Source: the human T2T-CHM13v2.0 reference genome, Homo sapiens. From it: a stretch of DNA of 64,000 bases. Under the pieces are notes generated by a model that was not told where the DNA came from, did no database searches, and saw nothing but the letters and a program-made list of their open reading frames with translations. Position numbers and translations under genes: made by a program. This document shows, one piece after another, positions 14,918 through 25,362 of this stretch. Within the stretch, counting starts at the first letter, position 1. Every line of letters begins with the position of its first letter. Location: assembly GCF_009914755.1 (NCBI RefSeq), contig NC_060939.1; one strand, 5' to 3'.

Positions 14918-15331
14918 TTTCACTTGCATCTGTGTGAAGAGAACACCAAACAGGCTTTGTGTGAGCAATAAAGCTTTTTAATCACCTGGGTGCAGGCGGG
15001 CTGAGTCCAAAAAGAGAGTCAGCGAAGGGAGATAAGGATAGGGCCATTTTATAAGATTTGGGTAGGTAAAGGAAAATTACAGTCAAAGAGGGGTTGTTCT
15101 CTGGCGGGCAGGAGTGGGGGTCACAAGGTGCTCAGTAGGGGAGCTTTTGAGCCAGGATGAGCTATGAGAAGGAATTTCACAAGATAATGTCATCACTTAG
15201 GGCAAGGCCCGGCCATTTTCACTTCTTTTGTGGTGGAATGTCATCAGTTAAGGCAAGGAACAGGCCATCTGGATGTATATGTGCAGGTCACAGGGGATAA
15301 GATGGCTTAGCTTGGGCTCAGAGGCCTGACA
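14918..15331 (-). mobile_element. HERV-H 3' LTR (LTR7, type I repeats)
   Basis: Preceded on the minus strand by the polypurine tract AAGAAGACAGGAA; poly(A) signal ATTAAA at 14977-14982. Confidence 0.97.
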
Positions 15332-15491
15332 TTCCTGTCTTCTTATATTAATAAGAAAAATAAAACAAAATAGTGTTGAAGTGTTGGGGCGGCAAAAATT
15401 TTGGGGGTGGTATGGAGAGATAATGCGCGATGTTTCTCAGGGCTTCTTCGAGCAGGATTAGGGGCGGCGTGGGAACCTAGAGTGGGAGAGA

Positions 15492-17024
15492 TTAAGCTGA
15501 AGGAAGATTTTGTGGTAAGGGGTGATATTGTGGGGTTGTTAGAAGAAACATTTGTCGTGTAGAATTATTGGTGGTGGCCTGGATATAGTTTTGTATGAAT
15601 CAAAAAACTAAATTTAATAAGAGAAGGAGAAAAACAGGTATTAAAGGACTAAGAATTGGGAGGATCTAGGACATCTAATTAGAGAGTGTCCAAGGGGGTT
15701 CAGCATAATTACTTGCTTGGTTGGCAAGTTTTTAGGCTCTATCCTTGAGTTTTTTATGTTGTCATACACCAGGCCAGATTGATTTAGGTAAAAACAACAC
15801 TCTTCATTAAAAAATATACAGAGTCATCCTTTTTCAGCAGTAAGTCAAGGCCACGGCAGTTTTGGAGGACAACTGCAGCTAAAGAGTCAACTTGAAGTTT
15901 GCAATATGTGCATGATGCTAGCAGAGAAGTCATTAGAGAGGCTATGGAAGGTCGTGAAAGAGGTTGAAATGCCTGCTATTCCAGTACTGAGAGCAGTAGT
16001 GGAGGCAGACAGTCTTAAACCGACAAGCAAGGGAATTAATGGAATAACTCTTTTTTGTCATGTTGGTGTCATGAGGGGAACGGGGAGCTCTTCAGTCCTA
16101 TTTGCAAATTGAATTTTGGGAGTAAGAAAAACTAGTGTCTATGTGCCTGTCCAATTAGCAGGTAGACACATATAGGTAGAGGATCCACAGAGGAAGAAGA
16201 GACCTTGTGCAAGGCAAAACTAGAGATGAAAGTAAAAAGATGAGAAGGAATGCTGAAAGGGGTGTCTTGTACCTAGACTCCTAGGGATCCAGCTAGGGCA
16301 GCAGCCGTCGGAGGTTTTAATGGGGACTGATGAGGTAACTGCATAGAGGGGGAAGTTCGATTTTCATGGTGTATGAGAAAATGTTGAGTGTCTACGAGCA
16401 ACCTTTCACTGTTATTTTTGGGGCTGCGTATAAGTAAACAAGAAGAGGACTTTGGAGATAAAGAGTAAAGGAACATAGAGAAGTTGAAAGGTTACCTCGG
16501 GGAATTCCAGTGGGTCTTTGCCGAGAGATACATAAAAGAGCGGCCACAGGAATAGTAGTTTGTGTTGTGAGAGGTCTAAATATGGGGGGAGTAGAGTTGA
16601 TATAAGGAGAAAGGTTTTTTAAGTAAGTGCAGAGGAGGGTGGCAGCTTGCTGATGTGAAATGTCTGGGGAGGTCTTGCTGGACCTGTCTAGAAAGTAAAT
16701 GAGTTCTTCAGGAGGGTAAAGGTGAGGGCTGTTAAAGGAAGTTCAGAGGTGTAGGGAGACAGGAGATGTTGCCTAGTCTGCATGTAAGGCGGGGACAGCT
16801 GTGTAGGCACTGGAAGAAAGGGAAATGCAAAGCCAGTGGTTGTTCGCTAAGGAGGGATTAGAAACGGCTAGGAGAGAATGAGTAAGATTGATAGTGTGGT
16901 GGAGATAGCTGGGAGGTAGAGGGTGGCATAAGAATGGGAATGAGAATAAGAGTGAGTATAAACGTAAAGAATAGAACTTCATCAGGGTGAAACTATCGGA
17001 GGGTCCCCTGCCAGCAGAGATCAT
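15492..17024 (-). pseudogene. env: HERV-H env remnant: near full length, one SU deletion, multiple stops and frameshifts
   Basis: MISAGRGPSDSFTLMKFYSL..WLCISLSSSAYTAVP N-terminus; SU SSCLLIRSPKNNSERLLVDT; QKR/VIPLIPL cleavage site and fusion peptide; LQNCRGLDL ISD; C-terminus PLPQNLPSA*. Confidence 0.92.
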
Positions 17025-17049
17025 CTATCCACTCTAAGAGGGAGTTAAG

Positions 17050-18797
17050 AGTTGCCAGTCCTGGGCGAGGGAAAATCCTCGAGCTTGATGTGTAGGGAAG
17101 GGAGGGGGCCTGAATAATCCCTGAGGAGTGGTAGAATAGCAGATGGAACACTGAGAAGTTATTTCCTTGAGGATAGATTTCCACAATGGAAAGGAAATGA
17201 GAAGTTCTAAGAGGCGGACTGTTGGCTTGTACTATAGCATAGCCTGCCTTTGCTGGTGTGTGGCGATTAGGCCTGGTGGAACTACTATCAATAAACCAAG
17301 TGTGTTCAGGGTGAAGAACAGAAAAGATGGAAATATGGGGAAATGGGGTGAATGTCAGGTGGATCAGAGAGATACAGTCATGGGGGTCAGGTGTGGTATC
17401 CGGAATACTGTGAGATACCAGATTGAAGTCCGGGCCAGGAACAATGGTAATTGTGGGAGACTCAACAAAGAGTGAGTACAGCTGAAGGAGCCGGGGAGCA
17501 GAAAGTATATGTGTCAGGTGTGAGGAAGAAAATAGATTTTGGAAGTTATGAGAACTGTAGAGTGAGTTGAGCACAGTTTGTGATTTTTAGGGCCTTTAAA
17601 AGTATTAAGGCAGCGGCAGCCACTGCACACAGACATGAAGGCTAGGCTAAAACAGTAAGGTCCAGTTGTTTGGACAGAAAGGCTGCAGGACGCGGTCCCA
17701 GCTCTTGTGTAAGAATTCTGACTTTACTAACCATGCCTAGGAAAGAAAGGAGTTGTTATTTTGTAGAAGGGATTGGGGTTTGGGAGATTAGCCAGACACG
17801 ATCAGCAGGGAGAGCATGTGTGTTTTTATGAGAATTATGCCGAGATAGGTAACAGATGAGGAAGAAATCTGGGCTTGACTGAAGTAATGGGGGCTGTCTG
17901 TGAAGCCTTGCGGCAGTACAGCCCAGGTAATTTACTGAGCCTGGTGGGTGTCAGGGTCAGTCTAAGTGAAAGCAAAGAGAGGCTGGGATGAAGGGTGCAA
18001 AGGAATAGTAAAGAAAGCGTGTTTGAGATCTAGAACAGAATAATGGGTTGTGGAGAGAGGTATTGAGGATAGGAGAGTACATGGGTTTGGCACCACAGGG
18101 TAGATAGGCAAAACAATTTGGTTGATAAGGCACAGATCCTGAACTAACCTGTAAGCCTTGTCTGGTTTTAGGACAGGTATAATTGGGGGAATTGTAAGAG
18201 GAGTTTATAGGCTTTAAAAGGCCATGCTGTAGCAGGCAGTGATAACAGACTTTAATCCTTTTAAAGCGTGCTGTGGGATGGGATATTGGCATTGAGCGGG
18301 GTAAGAGTGATTAGGTTTTAATGGGATGGTAAGGGTTGCATGATCGGTCGCTAAGGAGGGAGTAGAGGGGTCTTATACTTGTGGGTTAAGGTGGGGAGAT
18401 ACAAGGGGAGGATGTGAAGAAGGCTTTGAACTGGGGGAAAAGGCGGCAATAAGGTGTGGCTAGAACCCAGGAATAGTCAGGGAAGCAGATAATTTAGTTA
18501 AAGTGTCTCGGCCTAATAAGGGAACTGGGCAGGTGGGGATAACTAAAAGGAGTGCTTAAAAGAGTATTGTCTAAGTTGGCACCAGAGTTGGGGAGTTTTA
18601 AGAGGTTTAGAAGCCTGGCCGTCAATACCTACAACAGTTATAGAGGCAAGGGAAACAGGCCCTTGAAAAGAAGGTAATGTGGAGTGGGTAGCCTCCATAT
18701 TGATTAAGAAGGGGATGGACTTACCTTCCACTGTGAGAGTCACCTGAAGCTCGGCGTCCCTGATGGTTTAGTGGGCTTCTGAGGCATTCGGGCAGTG
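17050..18797 (-). pseudogene. pol: HERV-H pro-pol remnant with internal deletions; integrase core missing
   Basis: Protease LINMEATHS (dead active site), RT LLKPINSSYNSP, tether/RNaseH PHDCISLIH..WFIDSSS, a short integrase fragment ending at AQDWQ joined directly to the env leader. Confidence 0.9.
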
Positions 18798-20027
18798 TCA
18801 ACCTTCAGCTGCTAAGCCAAGAAGATCTGGGAAGGAGTCAGAGAGCCTTGGGCCAGAGTTCCAGGGGCTCTGAGAGTGGCTGCCAGGTGAGTTGAACAGT
18901 CCGAATTTCAGTGGGGTCCCACACAGATGGGATGTGGCTTAGGAGGAATCCTGGGCTGCGGGCATTCCTTGGCCTGGTGGCCAGATTTCCGGCACTTGTA
19001 GCAAGCTCCTGGGGGAGAAGGTTCTGGAGGAACGCCTGGCCGCTGCGGTTCAGGCATTTGGAAGTTCTTGTGTGCTGGAGATGTGGCTGGGGTTTGTCTC
19101 ACAGTGGAGGCAAGGAATTGCAACTTTTTTCTATTATTGTACACCTTGAAGGCGAGGTGAATTAAGTCCTGTGGTGGGGTTTGAGGGCCAGAATTTAATT
19201 TTTGGAGCTTTATTTAAAGTCGGGAGCGGATTGGGTAATAAAATGTATATTGAGAATAAGACGGCCTTTTGACCTTTTAGGGTCTAGGGCTGTAAAGCGT
19301 CTCAGAGTTGCTGCCAAATGAGCCATGAACTGGCCTGGGTTTTTCATATTTGATGAAAAAGAGCCTAAACGCTAACTGATTTGGGACAGGTCGGATAAAG
19401 AAAAAGGAGCATTAACCTTGACTATGCCTTTAGCTCCAGCCACCTTTTTAAGAGGAAATTGCTGGGCAGGTGGGGGAGGGCTAGTCACAGAACGAAACTG
19501 TAAGCCGGACCGGGTGTGAGGAAGGGAGGTGATAAAAAGATTATAGGGTGGAGGAGCGGAGCTAAGGAAGAATTGGGACCTAGCTCGTCCTGGCGAGGAG
19601 CAGCCTGGGGAGGAGGGGAGAGGTCAGATGGGTCTGTAGAAAAGGAAGATTAGAAAGACTCAGCGACGCTTGGGGTTGGGACTGAGGGGACAGGTGAGAG
19701 GGAAAGAAGGAGGATTTGGGACGAGTCGCATTGCGAACAGAGACTAGGTAGGGAACAATGTGTAAAAGAATGCCTGGATGTCAGGCACCTCAGACTGTTT
19801 GCCTATTTTACAACAAGAATTATTTAGATCTTGTAGGATGGAAAAATCGAAAGTGCCGTTTTCTGGCTCTTTGGAACCGCTGTCGAGTTTGTACTGGGGT
19901 CAGGTGGCATTGCAGAAGAAAATAAGGCATTTAGGTTTAGGTCAGGTGTGAGTTGAAGAGGTTTTAAGTTCTTGAGAACACAGGCTAAGGGAGAAGAGGG
20001 AGGAATGGAGGGTGGAAGGTTGCCCGT
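18798..20027 (-). pseudogene. gag: HERV-H gag remnant
   Basis: Start mutated to ACG (TGNLPPSIPPSSPLACVLKNLKPLQLTPDL); first CCHC knuckle CYKCRKSGHQAKEC intact, second knuckle broken. Confidence 0.9.
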
Positions 20028-20039
20028 AGTGAAGGAGGC

Positions 20040-20312
20040 AAGCCCAGAAAAAAGAGAGAGTAGAGACACGGAGGGAAGGGGTTGGGGGGTTCTTGCCCTC
20101 CAGAAAAGCAGAAAAGGGGTAGAGACACGGAGAGAAGGGGTCGGGGGGTTCTTACCCCTTAGAAAAGCGGTACTTGCCACTAAGGGTGAAGGAGAAGGGG
20201 TTAGGGAGTTCTTGTCCCCCAGAAAAGCAGAGAAGGGATAGAGACACGGAGAGAAGGGGTTGGGGGATTCTTGACCCCTAGAAAAGTGGTACTTGCCGCT
20301 AAGGTTGAAGGA
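20040..20312 (-). repeat. HERV-H leader variable tandem repeats
   Basis: Reiterated GAGACACGGAG(A/G)GAAGGGGT-GGGGG-TTCTT..CAGAAAAG units, including an ~120-bp duplication ending in GGTACTTGCC-CTAAGG-TGAAGGA. Confidence 0.85.
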
Positions 20313-20590
20313 CCAAGGCAGGCGTCCCCGCGTGGTCAGACACCTCTGAAACGTGGGTGAATAATCAGGCAGGCGTCCCCGCGTGATTAAACACCAAGGG
20401 AAGACTGTCTTCCTGAGTCCAGGACTGGCGCCGGAGTTTTGGGTCCACGGATAAAACGCGTCTCCTTCGTGTCTACCAGGAAAGGAAAGGAACTGAAATT
20501 CAGAGAAGGGAGAGATTGAAGTGTGGCACCAAGACTGAAAGGAGAAAGAGGTTGAGGGATAGAGAGGTTGGAGAAGAGAGTAAAAAGAGG

Positions 20591-20602
20591 CCGCTTACCG
20601 GA
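20591..20602 (-). promoter_or_regulatory. HERV-H major splice donor
   Basis: Minus strand reads TCCG|GTAAGCGG, ~145 nt downstream of the 5' LTR end. Confidence 0.8.
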
Positions 20603-20724
20603 TTTAAAATTGGTGAGATGTTCCTTGGGCTGCTTGGTCTGAGGACCCAAGGTTATAGGTGGATCTTTCTCATGGAGCAAAGAGCAGGAGGACAGGGGAT
20701 TGATCTCCTAAGGGAGGTCCCCCG

Positions 20725-20742
20725 ATCCGAGTCATGGCACCA
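20725..20742 (-). other. Primer binding site complementary to tRNA-His
   Basis: TGGTGCCATGACTCGGAT, 17/18 match to the tRNA-His 3' complement TGGTGCCGTGACTCGGAT, 2 nt after the 5' LTR. Confidence 0.95.
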
Positions 20743-20744
20743 AA

Positions 20745-21158
20745 TTTCACTCACGTCCATGTGAAGAGACCACCAAACAGGCTTTGTGTGAGCAATAAAG
20801 CTTTTTAATCACCTGGGTGCAGGCGGGCTGAGTCCGAAAAGAGAGTCAGCGAAGGGAGATAAGAGTAGGGCCGTTTTATAAGATTTCAGTAGGTAAAGGA
20901 AAATTACAGTCAAAGAGGGGTTGTTCTCTGGCGGGCAGGAGTGGGGGTCACAAGGTGCTCAGTAGGGGAGCTTTTGAGCCAGGATGAGCTATGAGAAGGA
21001 ATTTCACAAGATAATGTCATCACTTAGGGCAAGGCCCGGCCATTTTCACTTCTTTTGTGGTGGAATGTCATCAGTTAAGGCAAGGAACAGGCCATCTGGA
21101 TGTATATGTGCAGGTCACAGGAGATATGATGGCTTAGCTTGGGCTCAGAGGCCTGACA
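20745..21158 (-). promoter_or_regulatory. HERV-H 5' LTR (LTR7) promoter/enhancer
   Basis: TATAAAA at 20874-20880 (minus), GC/GT box, ACAAAAGA SOX-like motif, adjacent to PBS. Confidence 0.95.
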
Positions 21159-24050
21159 CCCCCCACCACCCAGAGGTAATAATTATCATAAATTTTAGGT
21201 ATAATATTTCATTTAATTTTTTATGCTTTTATATGTATATGCATAAATCCATAACAACATATAATGTTCTTACATGCTCTCAAAATTTATATACATTTAA
21301 AACATAAGGAGACTCTATGTGTCTTTATCAAACTTGCCTTTAAAATCTAATGTTATATTCATGAAAATTACTCATATTGAAAGATACCATTCTAGTCCAT
21401 TTTCACTCCTGTAGTGTATTTCATAATTTATCTATTTTCTTGTTGATGTACTTTTGAATTGTTTCCAATCTGTTGCTCCTATAAGTAATGCTGTAAAGAA
21501 CACTCTTACACATGTTTTCTTGTGCAAATGTGACAGAATTTCTCATGGAATTGCTAGGCCACAGGGCACGTGCATATTGAACTTTATTAGGTATTGCTGC
21601 ATTGCTCTGCAGTCTGTACAATCCCCACCTGCAATACATGAAAGTTCTCATTGTATCCTTGCTAACATTTTATATTATCAGGTTTAAGCATTTATCATTC
21701 TGATAGTCGTGATATAATGTGTCACTTTGTTTAATCTGCCATTGTTGAAGTTCAATATCTTTTCAAGAGCTTACTGGCTATTTGGATTTCCTCTTCCTTC
21801 ATCCATTTTCAATTGGATTGTTTTCTTATTGACCGGCCCGGGTTCTTTCTGTGTTCCACGTACCTATTAGTCCCACTTTGAGGCTTGTAGTTTCCGTCTG
21901 TTTATGGTGTCTTTTCATTCAGAAAATTTCTAATTTAGCCAGATTTTATTGTAAGCAATTGATGAATATATTTAATGAATTTTACTATTGTATTTCTTAA
22001 GAAATTCTAACAATACAAAGACAGTGTCCTGTATTAACTATTTTCTACATGTTTTACAGATTTTCTTTTCACGTTTAGGCCTTTAATTCACCTGAAATTG
22101 GTTTTTGTGGAGGGTGTGAAATAGGAATTTTATTTGATTCTTTTCATGTAGATAAATAATTGCTCTAGTATCATGTATTGAATAGCCTGTTTTTTCCTTG
22201 CTGACCTATATACTGTCTTTGCTTTCACATATGTTCTATATATATGTGTATATATATACATATATATACACATATATATATATAATATGTCTGTTTCTGG
22301 TTTTCCTGTTGTGATCCATTGGACTACTTATTTTTCCCTGTATTAATACAAACTGTCTGTATTATAAGTGGTATCTCGTAGATAGAAATGTCTTACTTTG
22401 TTCTCTTTTTGCAAAATAATCCTGGAAATTTTTGGCCTTTTGTTTTTTCATCAAAATTTTAAGTAAACTTATAAGAGTTCCATGAAAAAAACATTTTTTC
22501 CATGAAATGTTTTTATTTGAATCGCATTTGTTTATCATTTTATTAGAATTAAATTTCTATTTGATTCATCCCAGACTTTATTACAAAGTAGTTGCTCAGT
22601 AAATACTCATTAACTAAATGAAAGAAGGATAACAATTCTAAGTTTCAGGACAATGTGCCCACCATAAGCTTTATGCTTAGAACTGCAAACTAATTTTTAA
22701 ATTAAGCAAAATAAAATTCAAAAATTAACTGCTGCAAACCCTTCATCATGTAATAAAATCAGAAGGTCTTAATTTTTTCTAAGGGTATTGAACTTAATCA
22801 TTCATATATTTAAATATAACACATGTAAAGTCCCTAGCACATCTGTTATTATTGTTATACATGGTAACAATTCATGGCATGGTTGACCACATCCTAATTC
22901 CCTTTTGATATACCACTGTTCTATTTTAATAGCCAAGATCATTAAATGCCTAAGTGTGATTTTTTTAATAGGCTAGGGAAACAAAAATAACTTTTTATTG
23001 CTTTAAAAATACTATACTTTTTTAAAAAATGTGTTACTACCTTTTTAATCCATTGATTTGAAATGCTAGTAGCCTCTCATCAAACTATAGCTACTAGTCA
23101 TGTATGGCTATTTGCTTGCTGAAGTTTAACAGTAGCAGACATAAATCTAAAAGTTACTCTTATGAAACATAAGATAATCTTTTAAATACCTAAAAAAATT
23201 AGTACAGATTTCTGCCTCTGTGCTTTTTCTATGAGGTAAATGGACTACCAGTGTGAGCTAATGTGACACGAAGGATTTTCTAAGGCAAGAAAGCAAATAC
23301 TGACTAGTATCTTTATCTATATAAGCATATCCTAATTGAATGACATAATCCAGGGTTGGAAGTTGCCTTGGTAAGATTTATTACTATTTCCTTCCTCTCT
23401 CCCCATTTCACTTCCCCAATAATGTCTCTGTTCCTCATTATGAAAAATAAAGTTCACGTCTGAAAGGCAGTTTTCAAATCCACATGGGTATGCTTTACAG
23501 ACTGAGATGCAGAAACTGACATGGTCTATTAAATTGATGGGATCATAAATATCCCATTCTTTCCCTGAACGTGCAGACAGAAGTGAAAGATAAAGGGATT
23601 CAGATAGTTCAGTGTGTTACAGTCACATTACAAGTGATGAGACAAACGTAAGTCAACCTCAAGCTCTTGCCAGGGGATGGTAAATCTAGTGAAGGGGGTT
23701 GGGGGCGGTGGGGGAAACAACCCTCACTTCAGCTTCTAACCTTATTTTACTTTCATTGACTGAAACTGCCCCAGATCTTGTGCCCAAAGGACATGTAGAG
23801 CTCCTAGACTCTGAAGCAAGCAGTTTGGGGTTGTAGTAAACTGGCAGAATATATCTCTGAAGTGAATATCACTCATGAAACTGTCTTGAACACTGGAAAC
23901 AAATGTAATTAATAATTTGGGTTCTCTCCTGCCAGGCTTCAGCTTAGAAATAACTGAAAATTGCCAAATCCAGGGAGCAAGCTCATTCTTGGTGTCTTCA
24001 TAGCCCAGAAATTAATTGCACACCCTTCTGCTCCACCAGGGTGAAGGGAA

Positions 24051-25362
24051 GAGTGTTTCTTCTTTGTGCTCATAAATTCTCATCATTTAGCTCCCATTTG
24101 TAAGCGAGAACATGTGGTATTTGGTTTTCTCTTCCTGTGTTAGTTTGCTGAGGATAATAGCCTGTAACTCCATCCATGTTCCCACAAAAGATGTAATCTC
24201 ATTTTTTCATGGCTGCATAGTATTCCATGGTGTCTGTGTACCAAAATTTCTTTGTCCAATCTGTCATTAATAGGCATTTAGGTTGATTCCATGTCTTTGC
24301 TATTGTGAATAGTGCTACAGTGAATATTCACATGCATGTGACTTTATGGTAGAATGGTTTATATTCCTCTGGGTATACAACCAGTAATGGGATTGCTGGG
24401 TTGAATGGTAGTTCTGCTTTTAGCTCATTGAGTAATCATCATACTGCTTTCCACAATGGTTGAACTAATTAACGCTCCCATCAGCAGTGTATAAGGATTC
24501 CCTTTTCTCTGCAACCTCACCAGCATCTGTTATTTTTGACTTTTTAATAATAGCCATTCTGACTGGTGTGAGATGATATCTCATTGCGGTTTTGATTTGC
24601 ATTGCTCTAATAATCACTGATATTGAGCTGCTTTTTCATATGCTTCTTGGCCACATGTATGTCTTCTTTTGAAAAGTGTCTGTTCATTTCCTCTGCCCAC
24701 TTTAATGGGGTTGGTTATTTTCTCTTGTAAATTTGTTTAAGTTCCTTATAGATGCTGGATATTAGACCTTATACACCTGAATATTAGATGCATAGTTTGC
24801 AAATATTTTCTTTCATTCTGTAGGTTGTATGTTTACTCTGTTCACAGTTTCTTTTGCTGTGCAGAAGCTCTTAAGTTTAATTAGATCCCACTTGTCAATT
24901 TTTGCTTTTGTTGCAATTGCTTTTGGTGTCTTTGTCATGAAATCTTTGCCTGTTCCTATGTCCAGGATGGTATTGTCGAGGTTGTCTTCCAGGGTTTTTA
25001 TAGTTTGGGGATTTACATTTAAGTCTTTAATACATCTTGAGTTGATTTTTGTATATGGTGTAAGGAAGGGGTCCAGCTTCTTCTGCATATGGCTAGCCAG
25101 TTTTATCAGCATCATTTATTGAATAGTGAGTCTTTTCCCATTGCTTGTTTTTGTCAGCTTTGTCAAAGATCAGGTGGTCATAGGTGTGCAGCCTTATTTC
25201 TGGGCTCTCTATTCTGTTCCATTAATCTATCTGCCTGTTTTTGTACCAGTACCATGCTGTTTTGGTGACTGCAGCCCTGTAGTATAGTTTGAAATTAGGT
25301 AATGTGATGCCTCCAGCTTTGTTCTTTTTGCTTAGGATTGCCTTGGCTATCTGGGCTCTTTT
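24051..25362 (-). mobile_element. L1PA (about PA13-16) ORF2 3' fragment lacking its distal 3' UTR and poly(A)
   Basis: Minus ORF 24813-25115 [40 protein letters not shown]; 3' UTR TCTCATCATTTAGCTCCCA. Confidence 0.9.

Larger units (their letters stand above)
14918..21158 (-). mobile_element. HERV-H provirus (LTR7-HERVH-int-LTR7), 6241 bp
   Basis: Two 414-bp LTRs (TGTCAGGCCTCTGAGCCCAAG..GTGAAA on minus strand), TSD CCCCC (14913-14917 and 21159-21163), PBS-His, PPT, and gag/pro/pol/env remnants. Confidence 0.98.
14280..22540 (-). mobile_element. Old L1 (L1ME/L1MC-like) 3' portion, split by LTR16 and HERV-H
   Basis: Antisense L1 3' UTR at 14280-14380 resumes at ~21164 (CCACCCAGAGGTAA) and runs into ORF2-like sequence (GGAATTGCTAGG, TTTTTGTGGAGGGTGTGAAATAGG); (TA)n at 22236-22288. 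Confidence 0.65.

Noticed and set aside
16993-17574. Longest ORF (193 aa) as a novel protein
   Set aside because: It is the HERV-H pol tether/RNaseH remnant running out of frame across deletion junctions, and it starts at a non-ATG codon.
20725-20742. tRNA-His gene
   Set aside because: Only the 18-nt retroviral primer binding site is present; there is no cloverleaf.
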